Source of the DNA: Chrysomallon squamiferum
Lineage: Eukaryota > Animalia > Mollusca
Reading direction: 5' to 3'
Assembly: GCA_012295275.1 (NCBI GenBank)
Contig: CM022676.1
Span: 12,338,001-12,402,000, forward strand
DNA length: 64,000 bases
Part shown: piece after piece, positions 51,598 through 64,000 of the stretch
How the letters are laid out: each line of letters opens with the position of its first letter
How positions within the stretch are numbered: the stretch's first letter is position 1
Position numbers and translations under genes: made by a program
The notes under the pieces: model-generated
The model's database searches: none
Seen by the model: the letters and a program-made list of their open reading frames with translations, nothing else
What the model was told of the DNA's origin: nothing

Positions 51598-54500
51598 AGG
51601 TCACACATAAACATACTCTTTTCTTGTGGAATTACAATATTGGATTAACATTAGCTATTGTCCTGAGAATTTAATATATCATTTACACAGATGGTTAATA
51701 TGCGTGATACCTAGAATGAAAATTCATCTGAAATTAGTTTGATTTGTATATTAGAACTGTGTTTACTGTCAATCTGTTAATCAGTAAAACAATGCATTTT
51801 GGCAGCTATTCGTATATTTGGTCACAGGATCGTCCAATTAATAGACAGCGTCTCTGTAGTACTTAATTTGTAATAATTATCTGAATGGCGTGAAAAGGAT
51901 ATTTGTTTATTTTCATTAAACAATCCCACTGAGGCTTAGAGAGAAACAAAGAAGCCTAAAATGATCTTAACACTGGCTACTTTGTGCTTGAACCTGGTAA
52001 AGTAGGGAACATTATTTTTAAGCATTATTTATATTTAGGATTTATTTATCCAGTCCCTTGCGTTTATAAAACTATATGCCATTCGGTTTCGACCAATGTT
52101 TTCCTGACTTTTGAACGTTTAATTTATTCTCTATTTCAAGTCCTACCTGAAGAAAATATGAGGTCTTATCTTTGTGTTTATTAGTCGAATGAACTTTGCA
52201 TTGCTAAAAAAATGGGTTTAATCTCAGTGGAAGTTGTTTGGATGACGGTCATCTGATTATGTTCCTCTGAATGTATTTTGCGAAGATCTTTAATACATTG
52301 TTGTTGTTTTTTTACACTCATGGAGTTAGCTTTGGTACGACAAAAAGTATCGACGAAATAAAAGCTCAGACATCTATCTTCCTTTGTGCATCTGGTAGGA
52401 ATGCTTGATTAAAATATTCGGTACAGTTTCTAACGTTCTGCCTGAGAAAGACCTCATAACAGTTTTCCGACGAACTACGCGATAGATCATAGCTGCCGAA
52501 GCTCGTTTACCTTGTAGTCAGAAAGCGACTGATCGTATAGAATGTCCTGATTCATGTTTGAATAATCTTTTTGTGATTAAAATTATCATCCTTTTCGTAT
52601 CGTGTCGGTTTAACGTAGAACATTACGGTTTGAGTGATTGAATCTGGATTGAAATGATAACAGAGCCGAATACGTATACATTATCTGATTGTGCCTCCAC
52701 CTGGGTTAATAAACCATCAGAGTTATTTAAATACACCACTTCTCGGCAAAACATTTGTTGCGGACAATGTTGAGAAGACTTCAGTACAAAATCTCTGAAC
52801 GTATTTCAGATACCAGAAAAAGCAAAAAATATGCTGTCACGTGACTTAACTTTCTAGACTGGTTATGGTCTAAAAGTAGTCTTATTTGTGATTGTTTATT
52901 CAGTAGTATTTACCTTTTTAATTGGATTTTTCTGTGGATCTGGCAATGTTTTAAAATAAAAGTGTTGATGGATTATGCATGGTTAATTAGTGTCAGTGGA
53001 AAAATTAATCTTGTTCAGTCTGTAACCTGGCCCAGAACATACCTTAAATAATAATATAATGAGACAAATTTGAAACTTGCTTCATTAACTCCCCTCCCAC
53101 ATTAAAATAGGCTCTCAAAAGTTATTTTCTAAAGTCATCTCTCAAATGTTATCCAAATGAAATTCAGCTTCTGCTCCATTTACCTTCACACCACCATAAA
53201 CTGTAACTTTTATAAGTACTGTTAAAGTATAATTTAATATCTCTACACATTTTGTTCATGTGTTCCAAATAATTCTCACTGTAAGTTGCCTTGATCCGAT
53301 GTCGAGGACGAAAGGACACTCACAAAGTTATCTTTTTTTCACTTAACCGTTACCAGCACTGAGATCGTATCTCGTTGCTGAAGAAAACAGCAACTTGTTA
53401 AAAAATATAATTCTCTAAAAATTTACATTTCAGATTTTCTAATTTTTCCCATGCACATATATTCCATCATCTAGATCCTTTCACTCTGCTTAATTTGATA
53501 TCAAAAATCTGTTCGCAGTTCAAGCTGAAATAAGATTTAATTATCTAGCGCAAATAAATGCTTTGACCAACTTTGGTTTCACTTACCCATGTAAATATAC
53601 TTTGCAGAGGCATTTAGAAAACAAAGAAATCAGACTGCAAATTTGCAACAAACAGTATGACATAGTATGAAGCAAGCTTTATCTGATAAAAAATTAAATA
53701 TTAAATAATCCATAACTTTGACTGTATTTAAGGTTTTTATCACTGAAATCAAGACAAAAAGATTTACAGCTGTAATTTAAACTTTTTCAATCATAAAATC
53801 ACTTAGAATGTCTATTTATTTATTTATTTATTTGTTTTCACAACTTAAAATATTATCAGTTAGGAAAAGCGAGAGATGGTGGACAGAAGGAGAGAAAAAA
53901 AAATCATCATATGAAATAAAATTTAATTCACAAATTTTATAGCTTCTGTATTATTTATTTTTTAAATATCAGAAAAAAAGAAAGAAAAAAATTACCGCTA
54001 TAAACACTTGTTATCTGTGCCTTTAAAAAATTATTAACTCAAGTATTAAATGTGAACAAAATTGGTAATCTCGTCTTTGTTTAATATAAAATCCAGTTAT
54101 CAGTGAAGCTGTGTTTCATTAGATATATTTCTTTTGCTCATACTAACTTGAGATATTTGATTAAAGTACTGATTTTATACGTCTGTAATCTTGAGATTAT
54201 CTAGTATCTGTATATGAATTAGTGAAAAGATAAGACATGTGACAAATATTAAATAAATATGTATTAATAATTATAATAAGTAAATAAACTGCCTTTAACT
54301 GCTGATATGTGCAAATAATTAAAGTTCTGTTTGACCATCGGTTATATCATTTCATAGGAAAATATGCGATGACGAACTTGTAAAAGCAGTTTTTGAATTT
54401 CAAAGTTTACGTGAATTAGAAGCGACGACATTGAGATTTGTATGTGACAAGCAAAACACAGCTTTGAAATTTGTCCCACCTAATGGCTTCACTTTTGTGT

Positions 54501-55598
54501 TTGATTCCGCAGTTTTTATCGACGTCCGCAGGAATCTATTATACACAAGTATTGGCGTTTGAGTCTAATTTCTGGTTGTGGTCTGAGGAGAAGAAGCGAC
54601 AAGCGGGCGGTTGAATAAAACTGCTGTTCCGTTTAATGAACAGAGAAGCCATAGGAGAGCAATTTGGTGTTTCTCTGTTCAGCAGCCGCATGAGACAAGA
54701 TACTTTTCTCGTTTTGTTTTCATACCGCCATTCGGAAGTGCAAATCTGTGTCATGAAACCGTAAATAATTTGGTTGCGTTTATTTTCTTACATAATATTA
54801 CTAAATATCTTTGTAACTAAATAAATAACTCAAACTGCATTCTTGTTGATGTCTTATTTATGTAGTAATACAGTTTACCATCACGACAGTAAATTACTGT
54901 CACAATTTAAAATAGTGTTCTAATTTTCTGATATAAATTTACTTTAAGAATCATCATACAAGAGTAGATTTTAAAATGATTTTCACTAACAGTTGTACAC
55001 TATATTTGAGACAGAGGTCCGATTTTGAAACTGTGAGCAAGCAGCAGGATAAGCCGCTGTCGACTGACCATCAGTTTGCTGTCTTTGCCAAAAAAGGGGA
55101 AATCTTGAAACGATAATTAAAGAGATGAGCAGGCCAGAATCGGCTTTTAATTAATGTGTATTGTTATTTGATTTTTCGACAACAGACTCGTGACACTAAC
55201 GTATTACATACCTAAAACTGTCTTTAGTTATTATGTTAAATTTATTTCATCGTCGCGTATGTACTCATCTCAATAATTTATAAAATTAATAAGAAATAAT
55301 ATTTTAAATTACCATGAAAGAGTTAAAACATAATTTGCTAAAAGCAGAAATAAAACTAAAACAATCTGGCATGGCTTTTTAGTAGTGTAAACTGATATTG
55401 CCACACTGCTCCCATTTGTTAAAGCTTATAATATATTTCTATATTTTACATGTTTCACATTAAAACTTTGTCTTTATTTTAATTTTATTTTTAGACCAGT
55501 ACGTATACTTAAATTTATGTTTAATGAATTGTTAAAACGAAAGTAAAACTGTAGTCAGATATGAATTTTACAAGTATTATTATTATTATTATTATTAA

Positions 55599-55640
<42 letters not shown>

Positions 55641-56822
55641 GGTGTAGCTTAGGAATTAGTTCAGCTGCATAGTTCTTTCTCTAAGCAAGTATCTTAATTG
55701 TAAGCGAAGTTACGTAATGACTCTGTTTTAGTGCTTAAGGGAGGATAATACAACAAACAAACAAGCGATCCTCTATATGCAAATAGTCGGTCATGACAGG
55801 CGCAAAAGCCTCAAAAATCGGGCGTCCCAGAACACTATGTTTAACTAATGACAATAATTTATATACAACACAAAACCGGTCTCCTGAAATCCATACAAAT
55901 GTGAAAACTTGGTTATTTGTATAAAATTCCTTCTCAAATTATGTTCCAGCTTCAAACAGTATATCATTTGTTTCAAGATAATGACAGTCTATTATGTAAC
56001 ACAATACTAAAAAAGATTTCCAAGACAACCAAGAAGTGTCTGTAATTACTTGGATTATTTTTATCAACCTAAAGAATTTGCTTGATTATACTAACTAATC
56101 ATGAATTAGGGAAGATGCCAATTTCAAACCTTAAATTAAAAAGATTGTCATTTATATGTATCATATAGTCAAGAGTTTGCTTAATATATTCATTAATTAT
56201 AATGTCTAGACCCAAAGTTTGTTGATATTTTTAACCACTGTAAATATTCATTTTCTTATATAGGGCTATTTAATAAACTTTTACTTTATGGCCACTATTC
56301 TGTTTTAAGCATTTCCAAAAAGCTCGCATATCATATTCGCTAAGATCTGTAACTTTTTGTTCTGCTTTCTAGTAAAGTCGTCTTAAATGTTTTAATATAA
56401 CAGTTTTGTACTGTTTACTGGCGTTTAGATGTTGTTGTGTCTTATTCCTAATTTTGTAAGCTGTTCTTGTCTTTGGGTATTTTTTCTGAATAATTTGCAT
56501 TAACAATTAAACCATGCCTGATTTCACTGCTTAGATATATTGATGTTTTGTGTCTAATAATAAGCGGACAGGATAGAGGTACAAATGTACCGATATCCAC
56601 AGTAATTAATGCGGATGACAGTTGCAGTTGTATAGAGTCGGTTACGTGTTTATAAAATCGATTTCGTAAATTGCATCATGACTGCCACTTTGATCGGGTA
56701 GTGTAAATTAACAAGTAAACAGTGCGACTTCTAAAGTGGTTTTAAGCCCAAGCGTATCCAGTTAAGGCCATTCATCCACCCACATCCTTACATTTTATTT
56801 TCTCACGAGCACCCCCCCACAG

Positions 56823-56862
<40 letters not shown>

Positions 56863-57282
56863 ACACACTCACACACACACACACACTCACACACACATTC
56901 ATACAGAAAGAAAAACTAAAATCTTAAACCTAACACCAGCCAAATGAAAGTTTGTCACCATCTGTAAATACCTTGTTCTAATCATCTCTACTTTCAACAC
57001 ATTATAATTATTGCTATTATTATTACTACTGTTGTATTTATAAATATTACTATTTATTTATTTATTTTCACTTTTATTTTATTTCTCTTCCTCTCTCTCT
57101 TTCTTCTCCCTTATTACTGTCGTTCATGTGTGTATAATATTTTTAATCTATAAAAAAGACCATTAGCAACAACAACAAATAATAATTAAAAATCATAATG
57201 TTGGGAATTACTGAATGATAGGAACCGCAACAGCAATAGTAACAGCAAACAAAAACACGTTCAGCTCCTCACAAATTTGTTA

Positions 57283-57461
57283 TGTTTTAACATTAAAACA
57301 TAAAGTTCATTTCAATTTCCAATTTTTTTCGTTTCAAAATTTGCTACGAATAAAACTGACGCACGCTCCCGGTGACTTCATATAATAATGTCCCCTCTTC
57401 CGGTTCCCTTAAACATCGTAAACTGTAACAGTGTTAACTATAACACCATTTAAATAAAACA
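57283..57461 (-). repeat. Putative 3' LTR (~180 bp) of the Gypsy element
   Basis: Starts with TG directly after the polypurine tract GGAGGGGAGGAAG (plus 57462-57474); termini TGTTTTA...TAAAACA are a perfect 7-bp inverted repeat. No second copy is present to confirm the outer boundary. Confidence 0.65.
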
Positions 57462-57826
57462 CTTCCTCCCCTCCAAATTTTCAATTTACCCACAAATTAT
57501 GTTATATGTAAAATTCTAAAATAAATTTGTGTGATTTACTAATTAGTAATAATTAAACAATTGAACTTTGAACTTAAAAATAATTTTATTTTTATTTTTA
57601 TTTTTTTTCATTTTTTTTTCATTGGACACTATAATAGTTCAATTACAGTTGATCAAGTATGTCCATTGGTCACATATGGAACTTCAAATAACAAATATTA
57701 TTCTTAAAAAAAAAATAATAATAATAAAAAAACCCCACTAATTCTACAATCTTTCAGTGAATTCCATATTACACAGATTCAGATTAAATCACTTTAAATA
57801 GTTTCTATCAGTCTTTGAGTTGTTTT

Positions 57827-58990
57827 TCAAGCACGTCTAGGATATCTTGGGGTTGACCGTATTGGTAGTTGCGGTACATCGTCAACAGTATCGTCGATGG
57901 CGTTAGAAGCATCCTCTACGGCATTAGAAGTAACCGTTCTGTTTTTCATCTCAGTCTCTTCCACCTGAACGGTTGGTTCAACAAATTCCATTTCAGATTC
58001 CGTACCAATTGCAGACAGTTCTGGGGAAGGGTTCCTATTATCCTCCAAACGCACACATTTACGAAGTTGATCCACATGTCTTTTACACACAAAATCTCCA
58101 ACTTTCAATCTGTAGGTAACAGGCCCTAGCTGACACAGTACTTTTTCACTCAACCACTTGTCAGATCCTCTGTAGTTCTTCACTTGTACTGAATCTCCAA
58201 CATTGAACACCCGTGTTTTACTTGCTTTTGGAATAATTCTTTTTTAAACAGAGTTCTCCAAACTTGGCCGCAAGATATCCAATCTCGTTCGAACACGTCT
58301 GCCAAGAAACAGTTCTGATGGAATACATTTTGTAGTACAGTGCGAAGTGTTCCGATACGCAAACAAGAATGATGAAATCTTCTGGTTCATGGTTCGTGAC
58401 TCATGTTCAACTGTTTTCATTGCAGTTTTGAAAGTACGAACAGCTCTTTCTGCCTCGCCATTTGAACTTGGATGGTATGGAGCTAATTTGATGTGTTTCA
58501 CTCCATTTTTCTTAAGAAACGTTTCAAATTCCTCTGCAACAAACTGAGGTCCGTTATCAGAAATCAACTGCTCTGGCATTCCTTAACTTGCAAAGAGATT
58601 TCTCAATGTCTCTACTGCATGTGTTGCTCTGGTACTGGAAAAACTTCCATACAATTAGAATGTGCATCCACAACAATCATGAACATTTCTTTCATGAATG
58701 GTCCAGCAAAATTAACATGTATTCTTTGCCATGGTTTGGTGGGCCAAATCCATGCATTTGCTGTACTTTTTGGCATGACTGTTTGTTATAGTTGGCAACA
58801 CTTACACTTGCTAACTTTCTTTTGTATGTAAATATCCATATGAGGCCACCACACATGCAATCTAGCCAAAGATTTCATTCGCACAATTCCAGGATGATTT
58901 TCATGAAGATAATACAGAATATCTGTCCGATATTTATCGGGAATAATCACTCGCATTCCTCTGAGAAGACAGTTTTCCTCCACGGTTAAT
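57827..58990 (-). pseudogene. Gypsy integrase (disrupted)
   Basis: HHCC zinc finger (LHENHPG...CKCCQ); IHVNFAGPF (first catalytic Asp reads Asn); ISDNGPQF; SNGEAERAVRTFK; C-terminal region LGPVTYRL...RHVDQLR. Confidence 0.9.
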
Positions 58991-59199
58991 TCATCTTTCA
59001 CTCTGAAATAAGGTAACAGCTCCGGTGAAATAGAAGTCTCTTTTGGCCATCCATACATGTTATAATGTACAACCTGAGATAATACTTTGTCAACTTCAGT
59101 TGCTTTAGCAATATTTCTTGCAGTGATAGGTAATCCATTGACTTGATTTCTCATTGCTTGCTTGTCTTCATGCCAAAACACACTTTCAGATATTTCTTC

Positions 59200-60457
59200 A
59201 GTTTGCAGAAGTGCTAGTCGGGACAATACATCAGCATTTCCATTTTTGGTAGTTTTTCTGTACTTAATGTCAAACTGATATGCAGCTAACTGAATAGCCC
59301 AACGCTGTAGTCGAGAGGCTGTCAGAACTGGAATATTCTTTTTAGGTCCAAGAATCATTGTCAGTGGTTTATGATCTGTGAACAAAGTAAATCTTCTACC
59401 ATACAGGTACTAATAGAACTTGTGTATTCCAAAAAGTATTGCCAGTGCTTCTTTCTCAATTTGGGAATACTTGCGTTCTGCTGATGTCAGAGTTCTAGAA
59501 GCGTATGCTATTGGCCTATCTGATCCTTCATTTCCATGTGATATTACCGCTCCAAGACCATGCGCAGATGCATCTACTGCCAACATTATTGGTTTCATCG
59601 GGTCATAGTGGACAAGAATTTTAGATGATGCTAACAGTTTTCCCACTTTGGAAAATGCTTGGTGACAATCATCACTCCATTTCCACTCTGAATCTTTGGT
59701 TAATAACGCTGTTAGCGGTGCCACCACTGTTGACATGTTGGGTACAAACTTGCGATAGTAATTCACAATACCTAACCTAGATTGCAACTCGCTCTTGTTC
59801 TTAGGTTCAGGCACTTTCAGAATAGCTTCAGCTTTTCTTTCAGAAGGTTGAATCCCATTTTTGTTCACAATAAATGCAAAGTACTCAATTTCATCTTTCA
59901 TCAATGCACATTTGGACATTTTCAGTTGAATTCGATATTTTTCTACGCGTTTCAAAGTGTTTTTCAAATGTTTCAAGTGTTCGGTGTCATCCAAAATGTA
60001 ACCTACACCTTTTAGCCCTTGAAGCATTTTGTCCATAGTTTGTTGACAAAATAGCAGGCGCTGCAGCAACTCCAAATGGCAACCTTGTATAGCGATAAAG
60101 TCCAAGGTGAGTATTGATTGTGACATAGTTCCTCGACTCTTCATCAAGCAACACTTGCTGGTATGCACGTGAGAACTTTTGTCCTCCATTGAGTTTGCTG
60201 AAAATGTCTTCTGCAGTGGACAAAGGGTACTCAGGCACTTCCAAGACAGGATTTATGGTAACCTTGTAATCGCCACAAATGCGAATGATATTGTCAGGTT
60301 TTAAAACAGGTTCAATAGAAGAAGCCCATTCCGAAAAATCTACCTTTTCAAGAATTCCTTCTGCTTCAAGTCTGTGAAGTTCATCAGCAATCTTGTCCTT
60401 CAAAGCATAAGGTACTGGTCTAGCCTTGAAAAACTTTGGAGTAGCATCCTCTTTCAC
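59200..60457 (-). pseudogene. Gypsy reverse transcriptase and RNase H (disrupted)
   Basis: RICGDYKVTIN, YTRLPFGV, damaged YxDD region (GYILDDTEHL), LAVDASAHGLGAVISH, YSQIEKEALA, FTDHKPL, NADVLSRL. Confidence 0.92.
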
Positions 60458-60591
60458 TTTCAGATGAGCTCTATGCCTTTTACTGTTCCCATCTCATTTG
60501 AAAAAATTGAATATCTACTGAACAAATCTTCAGGGTTTCCACAGGCTTTCATAATCTTAATGCTGTTCCAGTCCAACTGAATGTTTTGGAA

Positions 60592-60930
60592 TCAATTCCG
60601 TCCAAACAAAGTTGGTCCATTTCCTTTCACCACAATTAAAGGTAAAAGTTTTTTCTGCTTTCCATATTTAACAGTCACCTCAATTTGGCCCAGGACTGGC
60701 ACCACTTCATGTGTATAAGTTTTCAACACAATCGATGTTGATTTCAATGACACTGTCTTCTTCAATTTTTCCTGATAACTCTTATTAGAAATTATCGATA
60801 CAGAAGCACCTGTATCTACTTCCACTTTGAATGACACACCATTGAGTTCCAATGAAATTTGAATTTCTTTCGCTTTCGTAGATTTCACTGTGAAAATTGA
60901 CTGTTCAGAATCACTGTCATTTCTTTCCAT
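60592..60930 (-). pseudogene. Gypsy aspartic protease
   Basis: VEVDTGASVS active site and GPTLFGRN motif. Confidence 0.92.
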
Positions 60931-61216
60931 TGCAACCTCTTTATTTTCAAGAACAGCTTTTATAATTTCTGATTCAGTTTCGTTTCTTCCAGATTCTTCA
61001 TGAACCTCATGAATTTTTTAAACCTGTTTCAGATTCAGCATTTTCAATTTCCGAATCACTGGTACCACCATTTGATTCCGTAAGGTCCCTATCAGAATCC
61101 TGATTCACAACATTCAGTTTAGAATTTTTCTTTTTCAACTTTGGAAATTTCTTTTTTCCTTTTTCCATCTGTTTGCTTTCCTGTCTTTCTATTTTTTAAT
61201 TTTTTTTGTGATTTCG

Positions 61217-61856
61217 ACATTTTCTACTCAAATGTCCTGTTTCATTACACTTATAACAGTTTGCCTTTTTGTAAAACAACGCATCAGGATGATGATTAGT
61301 TTCACCGGAAGCATTCAATGACAGAAACTTTGTGGAACTTTTCCGTTTCTGACGTCATTCCAATTTGCAGCATGTCAGTTTCTCTAGCTGCCATTTCCAT
61401 ACTAACAGCTATTTGCAAGGCTTTCCTCAGTGATAAGTCATGTTCAGAGAGCAGTTTATTCTGTATAGACTTTTCAGACAGACCACAGACCAAAATGTCT
61501 CTTAATGCTTCAGTCAAAAATGCACCAAATTCACAATATTCTGTCAATTTTCTCAGTTCAGCCAAAAATTCACTTAGTCTCTTCGGGCTCTTGTTTCCGT
61601 TGATAGAATTTGAACCGTTCCGCAATCACCAAAGGTTTTGGTTTGAGATGATTTCCTATCAAGGTTTTCAATTGTTCGTAAGTCTTACTTGCCGGTTTCT
61701 CAGGCGAAGTCAGATTTCGAATCAACCTGTAAGTCTTGGCACCACATACGGACAACAAAATGGAATGTTTCTTTTCGGCATCGTCTACATCATTCGCCAA
61801 CAGATATTGTTCCAAACTTTCAATGTATTCATCCCAATCGGAACTTTCTAGGCGAA
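61217..61856 (-). pseudogene. Gypsy gag (frameshifted, N-terminus missing)
   Basis: DWDEYIESLEQYLLAN...LVIAERFKFYQRKQ...LAELRKLTEYCEFG...LRDILVCGL; CCHC knuckle CYKCNETGHLSRKC at 61217-61258. Confidence 0.9.
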
Positions 61857-63844
61857 AACAAAATGAACAAAATGAACAAAACATTCAACATATTTGATGG
61901 TACGGGCCCCGTGACAGGGATGGTTCAACCTATCCTGCTCTCCCCTGTTGTTTCTCTTTATTTATTTATTTATTCTTAGTTTTTAAAAAGAATAGAAGAA
62001 AAAGATGATCACTGTAATACTTATTACCTTTGTCATTTCAGAAGATTAGCACTGATATTTAAATGTCTTGAATTGAGATAATTATGTTTGATATTGTCTT
62101 CATATCGGTTTATTATTTTGTTTTGAATTTCTATTAAGTATTTTGCAGGTTGGCCTTCCCACCTAGTTAATAACGTCAAATGTCCGAACTGTTTATAATG
62201 CTGTAAAGGGAAATTAGTGAAATTAATAATAATTATAATACATCAACGTTGACGGATCGAAAAAATCCATTACAGTAATTTGATTTAGAGTTATCTCCCA
62301 TGATAACTTGATTCATAAACCAACCGATAAATGCATGCAATAAAAAAAGAAAACTTCACATTAACAAGGAAGTGTTTAGTTTTGTTGCAGTTTTCTTTTA
62401 CCAATAATGTGGAGACGAGTGTATTTACAGTTAATAATTTATTCTGTAGTCGTGAAATCTTTACTGGGTAAGTATAGAATTTAATTAAAATTACTTAGAC
62501 ACGGTTAGTAAATTACAAATTTATTTTGACTCTTTTCGCCCTAAAAGACTATAAAATAAATTTAGAAATATTACTCTAGTCATTTGTGATTGTGAATATG
62601 TTCCAAAAGAGCCAGCAAAAATTTAAAATTCCCAGTAACAGTAACAATAAGAAATAGTAACAGGGAAAAACAGTATAATTATACCATAATTTATGATGGT
62701 TACTGGAAAAATAACGGAGTAATGGCTCTTTTACGTTTCGAAATTTCCTGTAGGTTAGCGCCCCCCCTTTTTTGTTTCTTGTGTCAACCTTTATTGAACA
62801 AATGCTTTGATCGAATTTCAGTAAATTCTCAGATCTTCACTAAAAAGCAGGATAACTGCATGTAATGCTGAGGATGTCAAGTTCATTATTTGAGGTTAAA
62901 AGTCTAGTTCACCTAAATTTCAGCTAATTAACTGATGAATTAATTGCGGTCTCTTAATGAAATAATAGCACAGTTTTCAGGGATGAAGATGGAATTTGAA
63001 ATGTAATTATATGATGGATTATTATCATTTAACTAACTGGTGAATTTGACTGATGAAAGTTTGTAAAATAAATAATCAGCTGGATTAATTATTATCAGAA
63101 TATGCAGTGGTACCTGTCTTTAGCGGCTGCTGAAATGAACGGCCACCTACCATGTACGGACACTATTCTTAACCCCGATTGGTTTTCAATAGATATGTCC
63201 CTTAGATAAGCGGACAGCTGGTCAACACGGAGAATTTTTTAATTATTGTCAAATAAAGATGTGTTTTGTATCAATCGATACAAATATTTTTGAAGTTACC
63301 TAAAAAATTGAGAAACATTGCATTTCAAAGTTGTGAAAACTAAAGAGTCCGAATGTACGAATTTTAAAAAATTGAAAAGAAGAAGAAAAAACGTATTTCA
63401 TGAGATATCTTTATCAAATTTGCATTATCTATTCAGTAAATACAGGAAGACTTACTGAATTAAATATTTTGTTTTCGGCCTGGTACAATTCACATATCAA
63501 TTTGAGATCGTTCCTGACTAAACGTTCTCGTTAGTGAATAGGTGATTTTTCACACATACACACACACAAGGAAGGTGTTTCATTTAAACTTCTTCATGTT
63601 AGAAACGCTGGAACGTTCGGAACTCTTGCTCAAATAATTTATTCAGCGTGATCGACTGTTGTCGTTTTTTACGATTAATTTTTTTTCTAACATTCACTGA
63701 CTGTGTAGTCATTTTTCCTATTTCTCTGTTTGCTTTGTTTTTGGATGTTAAGACATGTATTTTTAAGAAATTCTCCGTACAAAATAAATTGATATTTGAT
63801 CTCATTGTGCTTTGAAACATAGCAAGCTCCCCAAGCAGTTGTTA

Positions 63845-63847
<3 letters not shown>

Positions 63848-63909
<62 letters not shown>
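63848..63909. repeat. (CT)n microsatellite
   Basis: Direct inspection. Confidence 0.95.
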
Positions 63910-63910
<1 letters not shown>

Positions 63911-64000
63911 ATTAAGCATGATGACAGTCAAAAAAACTGAAGCTCTGCATTTGTAGTTTATTTTGTTGATGTCATTTATCATGCGGAAAGTTCACAGAAG

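Larger units (their letters stand above)
57283..61856 (-). mobile_element. Ty3/Gypsy LTR retrotransposon (K02A2.6-like gag-pol), 5'-truncated and inactivated
   Basis: Domain order gag-PR-RT-RH-IN on the minus strand, broken by frameshifts and stops, followed by a polypurine tract and a 3' LTR. Confidence 0.95.

Noticed and set aside
57869-61979. Plus-strand ORFs overlapping the Gypsy element
   Set aside because: Antisense shadows of the gag-pol coding sequence.

Overview
Very AT-rich, intron-rich animal genomic DNA with many microsatellites; a lophotrochozoan, probably a mollusc, is my inference from repeat motifs and Ig domain style. No rRNA, tRNA or CRISPR was seen. Manual splicing gives two convergent immunoglobulin-superfamily (IgSF) genes. 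(1) Plus strand, 428-2199: a 4-exon, ~155 aa protein with signal peptide, one V-like Ig domain and a GPI-anchor-type C-terminus. (2) Minus strand, ~22,000-49,200: a shared signal peptide + two-Ig-like ectodomain (46055-43652) followed by phase-1 cassettes that offer alternative membrane anchors. These are single-pass tail A (42077-41473), two Thr/Ser stalk microexons, single-pass tail B (36913-36267), and three 99-102 nt exons that each encode one transmembrane helix (32046-31118), followed by several candidate cytoplasmic tails including a Pro/Lys-rich one at 21999-22428. One ectodomain therefore appears switchable between single-pass and Ig + multi-pass (CD47-like architecture) receptors, which is the main candidate for an undescribed system here. 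Exon joins are inferred from splice sites and phase, not from transcripts. The window also holds a 5'-truncated, decayed Gypsy LTR retrotransposon (57283-61856), a MULE transposase remnant, Tigger- and hAT-type MITE fragments, and several local duplications.
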